From: Eledone cirrhosa
Lineage: Eukaryota
Reading direction: 5' to 3'
NCBI GenBank assembly: GCA_964016885.1
Contig: OZ024743.1
Coordinates: 90,582,001 to 90,646,000 of the forward strand
Length of the DNA stretch: 64,000 bases
A program made the position numbers and the translations under genes. Numbering within the stretch: the first letter of the stretch is position 1; every line of letters begins with the position of its first letter. The notes under the pieces are model-generated. The model was given only the letters and a program-made list of their open reading frames with translations. It had not been told where the DNA came from and made no database searches. Below, piece after piece: positions 23,601 through 38,600 of this stretch.

Positions 23601-26600
23601 GCATACTATACATATGATGATGTTTGTGGAATCAGGGATACAAGTAAGGGAAACAGGTATAATGTACATGACAACAAAAATATCTACTATACCCTATTTC
23701 AATATCAAATGATCGGGTTTCATTTTCAATTTCTTTGCCTTCATTTCTGTCAGCAATTTGTCTCTGGATTTCATAATCTTTGATAGAGAAGCATTTTTGA
23801 AAAATAAAATAAAACAGACATTAATATGTTAAAACCTAAAGATAAATTTAAAACATGCTTGCATTGAAATATTGAGAGAAATTATACATCTATAATTGAT
23901 GGTTTTTATAGATTATCAAATATACCTCCCTTTTTTTATATGAGGGTTATGGTTCATTGTTGTGAGGTGTGAGGGTTGGGATCCATTGTTGTGAGGTGTG
24001 AATGTTGTGTGTCATTGTTGTGAGGTGTGAAGGGGGTGTCACTGTTGTGAGGTGTGAAGGTTGTGTGTCATTGTTGTGAGGTGTAAAGGTTATGGGTCAT
24101 TGTTGTGAGGTGTAAAGGTTATGGGTCATTGTTGTGAGGTGTGAGGGTTGTGGTACATTGTTGTGAGGTGTGAAGGTTGGGGGTCCATTATTGTGAGGTG
24201 TGAGGGTTATGATTCATTGTTGTGAGGTGTGATAGTTATGTGCTTCCATAACTAATATGTAAGGGTTCCAATGATGTTTTCTACCATTCAAGCTTAAGCC
24301 ACCACTGACACTGGCCTAAAATTAACAGTTTCTCAATTAGGTCAATGGTTTTACCGGGGAAGATGAAGGTCGGTTACACCAGCCCCAATACATGACTGAT
24401 ATTTCATTTTCTCAATATTGGAAGGATGAAAGGCCAAGAAGATTTTGGTAAGATTTGAAATCAGAATGTGAAGGACTAGAACAAATGTGTTGAAGGAATT
24501 CTTTCAATGCTCAAGCGATTCTCCCAATCTACTACCCTCACTGGTCTAGTAATAATTGTTTCTAATTTAGACACAAGGTCAGAAATTTAGAAGGTGGGGT
24601 AAGTTGATTATATGAACCCTAGAAGGATGAAAGGCAAAGCTGACTTTGGTAGGATTTGAACTCAAAACATAGAGTAGAGAGGTAGACTAAATGCTATAAA
24701 GTATTTCTTCTGAAGCTCTAATGATTTTGCCAATCCACTGGCTCAATTTTTGGGGAAGGGAAAAGTTGATTAAATCAATCCCTGTACTTGACTGCTACTT
24801 TATTTTATTGACCCCAGAAAGATGAGAAGCAAAATTAACCTCAAAATGTAGAAAGTCATAATTAAATATTGTGAAAAATTTTCCCAACACTCTAATAATG
24901 TTGATAATCTACCATCCCGCACTGGCCCAATAATAATAATAATTGTTCCTACATTTAGCACAAGGCCAGCAATTACCCAGTGAATTACTGGTACTTTATT
25001 TTATCGACCCCGTAAGGATGAAAGGCAAAGTTAACCGCGGCGAGATTTGAATAATAATAACTGTTTCTACTTCTGGCACAAGGCCAGCAATTATCCCAGT
25101 GTATTACTGGTACTTTATTTTATCGACCCCGTAAGGATGAAAGGCAAAGTTAACCTCGGCGGGATTTGAACTCAGACCATAAAGGGGCGTAACTCTTTGC
25201 TGCAAAGCATGGCGTCAGTTCTAATTTAGGCACATGGCTAACTGGTATTTATTGTATTGACCTTGGGAGGATGAAAGGTAAAGTTGACTTTGATGGGACT
25301 TGAACTCAGAAGACAAAAAGCCAGAATAATTATCACAATAGCATTTTATCTGTCACTCTGCTCATCCAATACCCTTGGCCCAATAATAATTGTTTCTACT
25401 TTTGGGACAAGGCCAGCAATTACCCAGTACATTACTGGTACTTTATTTTATCGACCCCGTAAGGATGAAAGGCAAAGTTAACCTCGACGGGATTTGAACT
25501 CAGACCGTAAAGGGACGTAACTATGCTGGAAAGCATGGCGTCCGACGCTCTACCGATACTGCCAATTCACCGCCCTGCTTGGCCTAATAATAATAAAAAC
25601 AAATTAATGAAGAGAGATAAAGTTATTTACCAATAGCTTTAGCAACATTCCTAATGCTGTTGATGTTTTTTACTTCAGCGCGGACCCCATAGGGTTCCCC
25701 CTGACGATGGACAGATATGTTAGCATCAACGCGTAAGGAACCCTCTGTAGAAAGATTAGAAAACAAAATAATAATAATAATGAAAATTATTGTGTACAGT
25801 CCTCAGGTACACTACAACTCATCAAAGGTGCATGTATAGTACATAGAATAATGTACAAATGGTAGGAAAGTGATCAGTGTATGAGTCATGATATACACAC
25901 AGACACATGTGTGTGTGTGTATGGAGGGGGAATATCAGGTGTAGTATTGGTGAATTTTATATGATAATTTAATCAGGAACAAACAATGAAAGTCAGAAGA
26001 TTTGGATTAATCATTTCATGACCATATTTCTAATGAAATACACTTTATTTTGATAAATTAATGGAGAATTCCGAGGGATTTATTAAAATTATAAATTTAT
26101 TTCAATTCTAAGAATACTTAACATGGTTCTTATATAATATTATATTAATAATGAAAATTATTGTGTACAGTGCTCAGGTGCACTACAACTCATTAAAGGT
26201 GCATGTATAGTACATAGAATGATGTACAAATGTCAGGAGAATAAACAGTGTATGAGTCATGATATACACACAACCATACACATATGCTTGCATGTGTATG
26301 GAGGGGGAATATTAGGCGTAGTGTTGGCAAATTTTGGGAAGCATGGAAGTTTTGAAGGATGCACTGTCCCAACAGCTAACAACTGATGCAGGTAGTTTGT
26401 TCCATGCTTTAGCAACTCTGAGTGTGAAGAAATGTTCCCAAAAGTCATGGGAGCTTTGCTGTTTTCTGATTTTGTAAGCATGTTGGAAGATTTGAATTTA
26501 AATAAGAACCCTTTAAAATTTCTTTCATAGAATCAGAGATGGTTTTGGCCAGATTGTTATTGAAAGGGTTAAAAATAAAATAACAATAAAATAAAACAAA

Positions 26601-29600
26601 ATAAAACTCGTACCTGACATCTTGCCATCACAAGTTCCCAATGTTACTAAAATCAATTGTAGTTCTTTCAAAAACGCAGCGGCTTCCTCTCCATTCTTAA
26701 AATCTGGTTCTGTCACAATTTCCATGAGACCCATTCCTGATAATCCCAAACAAAATAAAAAAATTAATTACAACTGCCCAAAACAACAACATTTCTCATC
26801 ATCATCATCATTGTTTAACATCCATTTTCCACGCTAGCATGAGTTATACAGGTTGTCCTATTAGAGCCAAGTTAGCTCGGGTGACTGTGTCTTGCTGATA
26901 TAGAACTGTATATTACAATATTATTATCACAACTGGTATTTTCATTTAATAAAAATATTTGAGGGATTTATTAAAATTATTAATTATCTCATTAACATAT
27001 GACTCTCATATAAAATTATGCTGAAAGATTTTAATTCAAATAGGAATCCTTTAACCCTTTAGCATTTACATACTCAATATTTACAATTGTATTTTCACAG
27101 TAAAAGCTTTATCTCATATAATATCAAAGCTATGAAATTTTGATATTATTTATTTTGAGAACAATACCTTAACATCAGTATGAGCAGCTAGTTATGACTG
27201 GTTTGAACAGAAAGAGGTGAAATAATTCTGGTCAGATATAGCCGGTTTAAATACTAAAAGGTTAAAAGTTTTTCCTGAGATGGTATCAATAGGGTTAAAC
27301 AACACTAAACGTTATTTCAAAGTGAGATATAATTAATGGTTATGAAACATATAATAAACATATCTGCTATCTTACCTGCTCGATTCAAATCAATTAAACT
27401 AATTTTGTCTGTGTAATCATGCAAGCTCTTTCCACTGTCAACTTCTAGCTGAACTTGTGTGATTCTAGCAACTTTTTCAGTGTAGTCCTTATCTTTAGAG
27501 TAGCCAGGTGCATAATATTTGAGCTTTCCACATTGAGCTAATGGTTTGAAGTACTGTGTGATTTGATATCCAGCCTGGAAGAATAAAAAAAGGAATGGAC
27601 TGAGGAACAGAAGGTCTGACAATCCAACAACACCATCTCACAATAGACTGAAGAGTAGCAAGTCTGAGACCCCAACAGCACCATCTCACAATAGACTGCA
27701 GGGTAGCAAGTCTGACACCCCAACAGCACCATCTCACAATAGACTGCAGGGTAGCAAGTCTGACACCCCAACAGCACCATCTCACAATAGACTGCAGGGT
27801 AGCAAGTCTGATACCCCAACAGCACCATCTCACAATAGACTGCAGAGTAGCAAGTCTGACACTCCAACAACACAATCTCACAATAGACTGCAGGGTAGCA
27901 AGTCTGACACTCCAACAACACCATCTCACAATAGACTGCAGAGTAGCAAGTCTGACACTCCAACAGCACCATCTCACAATAGACTGCAGGGTAGCAAGTC
28001 TGGCACTCCAACAACACAATCTCACAATAGACTTCAGGGTAGCAAATCAGACACCCCAACAGCACCATCTCACAATAGACTGCAGGGTAGCAAGTCTGGC
28101 ATTCCAACAACCACATCTCACAATAGACTGCAGGGTAGCAAGTCTGACACTCCAACAGCACCATCTCACAATAGACTGCAGGGTAGCAAGTCTGGCACTC
28201 CAACAACACAATCTCACAATAGACTTCAGGGTAGCAAGTCAGACACCCCAACAGCACCATCTCACAATAGACTGCAGGGTAGCAAGTCTGACACTCCAAC
28301 AGCACCATCTCACAATAGACTGCAGGGTAGCAAGTCTGACACCCCAACAGCACCATCTCACAATAGACTGCAGGCTAGCAAGTCTGACACTCCAACAGCA
28401 CAATCTCACAATAGACTGCAGAGTAGAAAGTCTGACACTCCAACAACACAATCTCACAATAGACTGCAGGGTAGCAAGTCTGACACTCCAACAACACCAT
28501 CTCACAATAGACTGCAGGGTAGCAAGTCTGACACCCCAACAACACCATCTCACAATAGACTGCAGAGTAGCAAGTCTGGCACTCCAACAGCACCATCTCA
28601 CAATAGACTGCAGGGTAGCAAGTCTGACACTCCAACAACACAATCTCACAATAGACTGCAGAGTAGCAAGTCTGACACCCTCAACAGCACCATCTCACAA
28701 TAGACTGCAGGGTAGCAAGTCTGACACTCCAACAGCACCATCTCACAATAGACTGCAGAGTAGCAAGTCTGACATCCCAACAGCAACATCTCACAATAGA
28801 CTGCAGGGTAGCAAGTCTGGCACTCCAACAACACAATCTCACAATAGACTTCAGGGTAGCAAGTCTGACACTCCAACAACACAATCTCACAATAGACTGC
28901 AGGGTAGCAAGTCTGACACTCCAACAGCACCATCTCACAATAGACTGCAGGGTAGCAAGTCTGACACTCCAACAGCACCATCTCACAATAGACTGCAGGG
29001 TAGCAAGTCTGACACCCCAAAAGCACCATCTCACAATAGACTGCAGGGTAGCAAGTCTGACATACTAACAACATCACACCTCACAACAATTAACCATATC
29101 TTCATACCTCACACCAATAACACACAACCGTCACACCTCACAACAATTACACACAACCAGCACACCTCACAACAATTACACACAACTGTCACACCTCACA
29201 ACAATAACACAACCGTCACACCTCACAACAATAACACACAACCGTCACACCTCACAACAATAACACACAACCATCATACCTCACAACAATGACACACAAC
29301 CGTCACACCTCACAACAATAACACAGAACCATCACATCTCACAACAATGACACACAACCGTCACACCTGACAACAATAACATCAACCGTCACACCTCACA
29401 ACGATAACAAACAACTGTCACACCTCACAACAATAACACAACCGTCACACCTCACAACAATAACACACAACCGTCACACCTCACAACAATAACACACAAC
29501 CGTCACCCCTCACAACAATAACACACAACCATCACACCTCACAACAATGACACGCAACCATCACACCTCACAATAATAACACAAAACCATCATACCTCGC

Positions 29601-32600
29601 AACAATGACACACAACCGTCACACCTCACAACAATGACACACAACCGTCACACTTCACAACAATAACACACAACCATCATACCTCACAAAAATGACACAC
29701 AACCGTCAAACTTCACAACAATAACACACAACCGTCACACCTAACAACAATAACACACAACCATCACACCTCACAACAATGACACAGAACCATCATACCC
29801 CACAACAATGACACACAACCGTCACACATAACAACAATGACACACAACCGTCACACCTCACAACAATGACACACAACCATCACACCTCACAACAATAACA
29901 CAACCGTCACACCTCACACCAATAACACACAACCGTCACATCTAACAACAATAACACACAACCATCATACCTCAGAACAATAAAACACAACCATCATACC
30001 TCAGAACAATGACACACAACCATCACACCTCACAACAATAACACAACCGTCACACCTCACACCAATAACACACAACCATCATACCTCACAACAATGACAC
30101 AACCGTCACACCTCATAACAATAACACACAACCATCACACCTCAGACCAATAACACACAACCATCGCACCTCACAACAATGACACACAACCATCACACCT
30201 CACAACAATAATACACAACCGTCACACCTCACACCAATAACACAGAACCATCACATCTCACAACAATGAAACACAACCATCACATCTCACAACAATAACA
30301 CACAACTATCACACATGACAACAATAACACAACCGTCACACCTCACTACAATAACACAACTATCATACCTCACAACAATGACACACGGCCGTCACACCTC
30401 ACAACAATGACACACAACCGTCACACCTCACAATAACACACAACCGTCACACCTCAGAATAACACACAACCATCACACCTCACAACAATAACACAACCAT
30501 CATACCTCACAACCGTCACACCTCGCAACAATAACACACAACCATCACACCTCACAACAAGAACACACAACCATCATACCTCACAACAATGACACACAAC
30601 CGTCACACCTCACAACAATTACACACAACCTTCACACCTCACAACAATAACACACAACCATCATACCTCACAACAATGACACACAACCATCACACCTCAC
30701 AACAATAACACACAACCATCACACCTCACAACAATGACACACAACCGTCACACTTCACAAAAATAACACAACCGTCAGACCTCACAACAATAACCCACAA
30801 CCGTCACACATCACAACAATAACACACAACCATCACACCTCACAAAAATGACACACAACCGTCACACTTCACAACAATAACACACAACCATCATACCTCG
30901 CAACAATGACACACAACCGTCACACCTCACAACAATGACACACAACCGTTACACCTAACAACAATAACACAGAACCATCATACCCCACAACAATGACACA
31001 CAACCGTCACACATAACAACAATGACACACAACCGTCATACCTCACAACAATGACACACAAGCATCACACCTCACAACAATAACACAACCGTCACACCTC
31101 ACAACAATAACACACAACCGTCACATCTAACAACAATAACACACAACCATCATACCTCAGAACAATAACACACAACCATCATACCTCAGAACAATGACAC
31201 ACAACCATCACACCTCACAACAATAACACAACCGTCACACCTCACACCAATAACACACAACCATCATACCTCACAACAATGACACAACCATCAGACCTCA
31301 CAACAATAACACAACCGTCACACCTCATAACAATAACACACAACCGTAACACCTTACAACAATAACACACAACCATCACACCTCAGACCAATAACACACA
31401 ACCATCACACCTCACAACAATGACACACAACCATCACACCTCACACCAATAACACACTACCATCACACCTCACAACAATAATACACAACCGTCACACCTC
31501 ACACCAATAACACACAACCATCACACCTCACAACAATGAAATACAACCATCACATCTCACAACAATAACACACCTATCACACCTGACAACAATAAGACAA
31601 CCGTCACACCTCTCAACAATAACACAACTATAATACCTCACAATAACACCTCACAACAATAACACACAACCATCATACCTCACAACAATGACACACAACC
31701 GTCACACCTCACAACAATAACACACAACCATCAAACCTCACAACAATGACACACAGCCATCACACTTCACAAAAATAACACAACCGTCAGACCTCACAAC
31801 AATAACCCATAACCGTCACACCTCAAAACAATAACACTCAACCATCATACCTCACAACAATAACACACAACTGTCACACTTCACAACAATAACCCACAAC
31901 CATCACACCTCACAACAATGACACACAACCGTCACACCTCACAACAATAACACACAACTGTCACACTTCACAACAATAACACACAACCGTCACACCTCAC
32001 AACAATAACACACAACTGTCACACTTCACAACAATAACACACAACCGTCACACCTAACAACAATAACACACAACCATCATACCTCGCAACAATGACACAC
32101 AACCATCACACCTCACAACGACACACAACCGTCACACTTCACAACAATAACCCACAACGATCACACCTCACAACAATGACACACAACCGTCACACTTCAC
32201 AAAAATAACACAACCGTCAGACCTCACAACAATAACCCACAACCGTCACACATCACAACAATAACACACAACCATCACACCTCACAACAATAACACACAA
32301 CCGTAACACCTTACAACAATAACACAACCATCATACCTCACAACAATAACACAACTGTCACACTTCACAACAATAACCCACAACCATCACACCTCACAAC
32401 AATGACACACAACCATCACACCTCACAACAATGAGACACAACCGTCACACCTCATAACAATAACACACAACCGTCACACCTCACAACAATAACACACAAC
32501 TGTCACACCTCACAACAATGACACGCAACCATCACACCTCACAACAATAACACACACCTGTCACACCTCACAACAATGACACACAACCGTCACACCTCAC

Positions 32601-35600
32601 AACAATAACACACACCTGTCACACCTCACAACGATCCATATCCTCACACCTCAGAACGACACACAACCGTCACACCTCACAATGACACACAACCGTCACA
32701 CCTCACAACAATGACACACAACCGTCACACTTCACAACAATAACACACAACCATCATACCTCACAACAATGACACACAACCGTCCCACCTCACAACAATG
32801 ACACACAACCATCACACCTCACAACAATAACACACAACCATCATACCTCACAACAATGCCACACAACCGTCACACCTCACAACAATGACACACAACCATC
32901 ACACCTCACAACAATAACACAACCATCATACCTCACAACAATGACACACAACCGTCCCACCTCACAACAATGACACACAACCATCACACCTCACAACAAT
33001 GACACACAACCATCACACCTCACAACAATAACACACAACCATCATACCTCACAACAATGACACACAACCGTCCCACCTCACAACAATAACACACAACCGT
33101 CACACCTCACAACAATGACACACAACCGTCACACCTCACAACAATGACACACAACCGTCACACCTCACAACAATGACACACAACCGTCACACCTCACAAC
33201 AATGACACACAACCATCACACCTCACAACAATGACACACAACCATCACACCTCACAACAATGACACACAACCGTCACACCTCACAACAATGACACACAAC
33301 CGTCACACCTCACAACAATGACACACAACCGTCCCACCTCACAACAATGACACACAACCGTCCCACCTCACAACAATGACACACAACCATCACACCTCAC
33401 AACAATGACACACAACCGTCACACCTCACAACAATGACACACAACCGTCACACCTCACAACAAAGACACACAACTGTCACACCTCAATGTAAGAATTGAT
33501 GAGGTCAGATCTAAAGACAACAGTTCACACTTCCCAAATGAAATGACACAACTCATGGCAGCATAAAAAAACAAAACATCATAATGATGATGATGATGAT
33601 AGAGCTGCTGCTGATGATGATGAAGATGGCCAAAGCTATTGTTTTTTACAGTGTGATTCTGTTTCAAAGTAGAGTTATTTGTCTTGTCCAAGAGTACAAA
33701 ACAAAGGTTATACCCGTAAGGTTTGAACCCATGGCTGTGTGTATGTTGGTCTTCTGTCAGTTCTGATGGGGAGTGTTCCATTTGTTTGACCAATGGAACA
33801 ATCTGCTCATGAAATTTTTGTGTAAGTGGTGGAGCATCCTACAGACACATATACCTTTAAGTAATTCTCAAGGGAGATTCAGCATGATTCTGTGTGACAA
33901 GATGACTCTTTAACCCTCTACCATTTACATTACTCTATATATACTATTGTATTTTCACAGTAAAGGCTTTATCTCACATAATATTGAATCTACGAGATTT
34001 TGATATTATTTATTTTGAGAACAATGCCTTAACATAAGAATGAGTAGGCAGTTATGGCTGGTTTTAACAGAGGGAGGTGAGAGAATTCTGGTTAGAAACG
34101 ATTGGTTTAAATGCTAAAGGATTAAATCACAAGCACAATCATTTTTTTCCAGCTGAGTAGACTGAAGGGAGCAACATGAAATAAAGTGTCTTGTTCAAGG
34201 ACACAACATTACCACTGAGAATTGAACTTATGACCTTACAATTATGAACAAAAAACACCCTAACCACTATGCCATACACCTTCACATCCATTACTATGAG
34301 ATCAACAGTGTAGCTCCTTAGTTTTACCCAGTAATTGTACATTATAATATTTTTTTGAAATTTGTTCCACTCTGTAAATGTGGTTGGTGTTAGGAAGGAC
34401 ATCCAGCTGTAAAAATCCCAGCTAAATTTACAGTCCTGTCAGAGCAAGGTACAGTGTGGCCAATTCTGGCCAGACTTGTCTCTTGACATGGATGACCCGT
34501 CTAACCCATGCAAGCATGGAAAATGGATGTTAAATGATGATGATGATGATGTTCATACTTACAGGCAAGTCAGCATAAAAATAATGTTTCCTATCAAACA
34601 TTGATATCCTGTTGATATGACAACTGAGAGCTAGACTTGTGAGTACACCAGCTTTCAAACATTTTTGATTTAATACCTAAAATTAATGAAGGTTTAGAAA
34701 TAACATTGTAACTATATCAGATATATCTGAAAAAGAGGAATTATTATAGGAAGATTGTAAAGAAGTATTAATGTCAATGTTTCTTAATAAATCACAAGGG
34801 TTAGATTTCTTTAGGTAACACACATGGTTGGGTTGTCAATGACTAAACTGGCAACCCCACCAAGTTTTCTTGGTGAGGAGGGTGATTTTAGACACCCTAC
34901 AGGGTGAAAAACAAAATCTGACAAAAGGCAGAGGAACTCATGAGAGTCAACGGCCACCCAATAGTGTGTATATATGTATATATTGTTTGGATGTGGAAAT
35001 ATGTATATGTTAGTTCAAGAGTGTGCAGAGATGTAGTAGTTTTCACTGGTTGGTACTGGATGGTCTTCTGTGGTATCCCTGTGTGTCCCAGTGTCTGTTC
35101 AACATGCCACTCAGTGAACTGATGACACACAATATATGCTCATTTAAGCTGAGTACTTAACTCAGTTTGAAGACCGACCTGCATGGTAAAAAGCCACATC
35201 CTACATGAAGGGCCTCTGATATGGCCATCATAGGAGAGTCTAGAGAACAGGTTAGATATAGACGAGTAAGCCTAAATAAAAATCCTGCTTGTCTCATAGT
35301 AAGCTCATGTAGTTCTCAGTTTAATTAGATGACCTTGGCGTTGTGAACACCAGTTGCTTTGCAGATGATCAGCTATTAATTCAACAATGGATTGGCACAA
35401 CTGCTTCAGTTAGTGGAAAAATCTATTAGTATGCAGGTGTGGCGAGCCACATATATTCTAGCCATTAGATAAAGAAAAATGAATGCTTCACCTTTGATTG
35501 AGGAATGACTCGAGAAAGTGAGAGGAACACACTCTGTGCTGCCTCCTGAAATTTTTTCCTTAATTATAAACCCCCAATAAACCTGATCCAACCTACCTAC

Positions 35601-38600
35601 CACCTTAATGCACACAGTGAATATTGATTTCAAAAGATAAAATTGTATGTAACTTAATATATCAATTTTAGGGTGGTGGACTGGTAGAATTAGTAGAGTG
35701 TCAGTTAAAATGCTGTTACAGTATTTGTTCTGGTTCTTTATATTCTGAGTTCAAATCCTGCTGAGGTAGGTATTTTTACACCAGGATGCCCTTCCTATCA
35801 CATATCATCATTCACTTTACAGTGTACTGAGTGTATTTATCAAGTAGATCACAAACACTAGTGCAACATCCAAAATATAAAACTAATACAAATTTCAAAG
35901 AAAACTTACAGGTAATGTTCCAGGAAGTGCTGCATCAAAATAAGATACTTGTGTATTAGGGGCTGCACCATATGTAGTGGAAGAACCTGAAAACATTTTA
36001 CTTTCTGAGAGGATCTGAGCATGAATTTCTAATCCAATAACACCATACCATTCATTGTTGTCTCTGAAAAAAGAAAATGAATTTAGGTATTATTATATAG
36101 TGTTGGTGGCATGATAAAATATATCCAGTACACCCTGTAAAGTGGTAGTGGTGGTGGTGGTGCCATGATAAAACTTATGCAACCAAAGTAATATAATGTG
36201 AACATTCATTACAACTCACATCAACAATAGGTACCATGTCATGTCACAAATACACATTGACTACAGACACCATGTCACCTCACAACTACACACCAACAAC
36301 AGACACCAAGTAATCTCACGACTACACACTGTCTACAGATACCACGCCACCACAACTACACACCAATAACAGACACCAAGTAATCTCACAACTACACACT
36401 GTTTACAGACACCACGCCACCACAACTACACACCAATAACAGACACCAAGTAATCTCACAACTACACACTGTCTACAGACACCATGTCACCTCACAACTA
36501 TACACTGGCTATAGATACCACGTAACCTCACAACTACATGCTGATTACAGACATCATGGCACCTCACAACTACACACCAGCTAAAGGTACCAGGTAGAGA
36601 AGCTATCCAACGACAGGCAAAAACAAGTATCTCATTAAACAATTTACCATTTCTGCCTCTATTTTATTTGTAGTAAGGAATGTCATTAAAGTAATATCAC
36701 ATAAAATTCCTTGTTCTTCTTTAAATCCCGGGATTAAAGTAGCCTTCTGGACAGAGCAATCTGAGGTTGAGCAAATTTATTATATTTTGATATCATGGCC
36801 CACCGATGAGACACTGCATAGCTATGTGGCCCACTGACAAGACACTGCATAGCTATGTGACCTGCTGACAAGACACTGCATAGCTATGTGGCCCATTGAC
36901 AAGACACTGCATAGCTATGTGACCTGCTGACAAGACACTGCATAGCTATGTGGTCAACTGACAAGACACTGCATAGCTATGTGGCCCACTGACAAGACAC
37001 TACATAGCTATGTGACCCACTGACAAGACACTGCATAGCTATGTGACCCACTGACAAGACACTGCATAGCTATGTGGCCTGCTGACAAGACACTGCATAA
37101 CTATGTGACCTGCTGACAAGACACTGCATAGCTATGTGGTCCACTGACAAGACACTGCATAGCTATGTGGCCCACTGACAAGACACTACATAGCTATGTG
37201 ACCCACTGACAAGACACTGCATAGGTATGTGACCCACTGACAAGACACTACGTAGCTATGTGGCCCACTGACAAGACACTACGTAGCTATGTGGCCCACT
37301 GACAAGACACTGCATAGCTATGTGACCCACTGACAAGACACTGCATAGCTATGTGACCCACTGACAAGACACTGCATAGCTATGTGACCTGCTGACAAGA
37401 CACTGCATAGCTATGTGGCCCACTGACAAGACACTGCATAGCTATGTGGCCTGCAGACAAGACACTGCATAGCTATGTGGCCTGCTGACAAGACACTGCA
37501 TAGCTATGTGGCCCACTGACAAGACACTGCATAGCTATGTGACCCACTGACAAGACACTGCATAGCTATGTGACCTGCTGACAAGACACTGCATAGCTAT
37601 GTGACCCGCTGACAAGACACTGCATAGCTATGTGGCCCACTGACAAGACACTGCATAGCTATGTGACCCACTGAAAAGACACTGCATAGCTATGTGACCT
37701 GCTGACAAGACACTGCATAGCTATGTGGCCCACTGACAAGACACTGCATAGCTATGTGGCCCACTGACAAGACACTGCATAGCTATGTGGCCTGCTGACA
37801 AGACACTGCATAGCTATGTGGCTCACTGACAAGACACTGCATAGCTATGTGGCCTGCTGACAAGACACTGCATAGCTATGTGACCCGCTGACAAGACACT
37901 GCATAGCTATGTGGCCCACTGACAAGACACTGCATAGCTATGTGACCCACTGAAAAGACACTGCATAGCTATGTGACCTGCTGACAAGACACTGCATAGC
38001 TATGTGGCCCACTGACAAGACACTGCATAGCTATGTGGCCTGCTGACAAGACACTGCATAGCTATGTGGTCCACTGACAAGACACTATATAGCTATGTGG
38101 CCCACTGACAAGACACTGCATAGCTATGTGACCCACCGACAAGACACTGCATAGCTATGTGACCCACTGACAAGACACTGCATAGCTATGTGTGACCTGC
38201 TGACAAGACAATGCAAAGCTATGTGACCTGCTGACAAGGCACTGCATAGCTATGTGACCCACTGACAAGACACTGCATAGCAATGTGACCCACTGACAAG
38301 ACACTATATAGCAATGTGGCCCACTGACAAGACACTGCATAGCTATGTGACCGACTGACAAGACACTGCATAGCTATGTGGCCTGCTGACAAGACACTGC
38401 ATAGCTATGTGACCTGCTGACAAGACACTGCATAGCTATGTGACCTGCTGACAAGACACTGCATAGCTATGTGACCTGCTGACAAGACACTGCATAGCTA
38501 TGTGGCCTGCTGACAAGACACTGCATAGCAATGTGACCCACTGACAAGATACTGCATAGCTATGTGGCCCACTGTCAAGACACTGCATAGCTATGTGACC

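Noticed and set aside
27495-29077. Cys-rich periodic ORFs ([16 protein letters not shown])n resembling metallothionein or keratin-associated proteins
   Set aside because: They come from the 48-bp satellite in GATB intron 3; two frames are equally open and are broken by stops and a frameshift.
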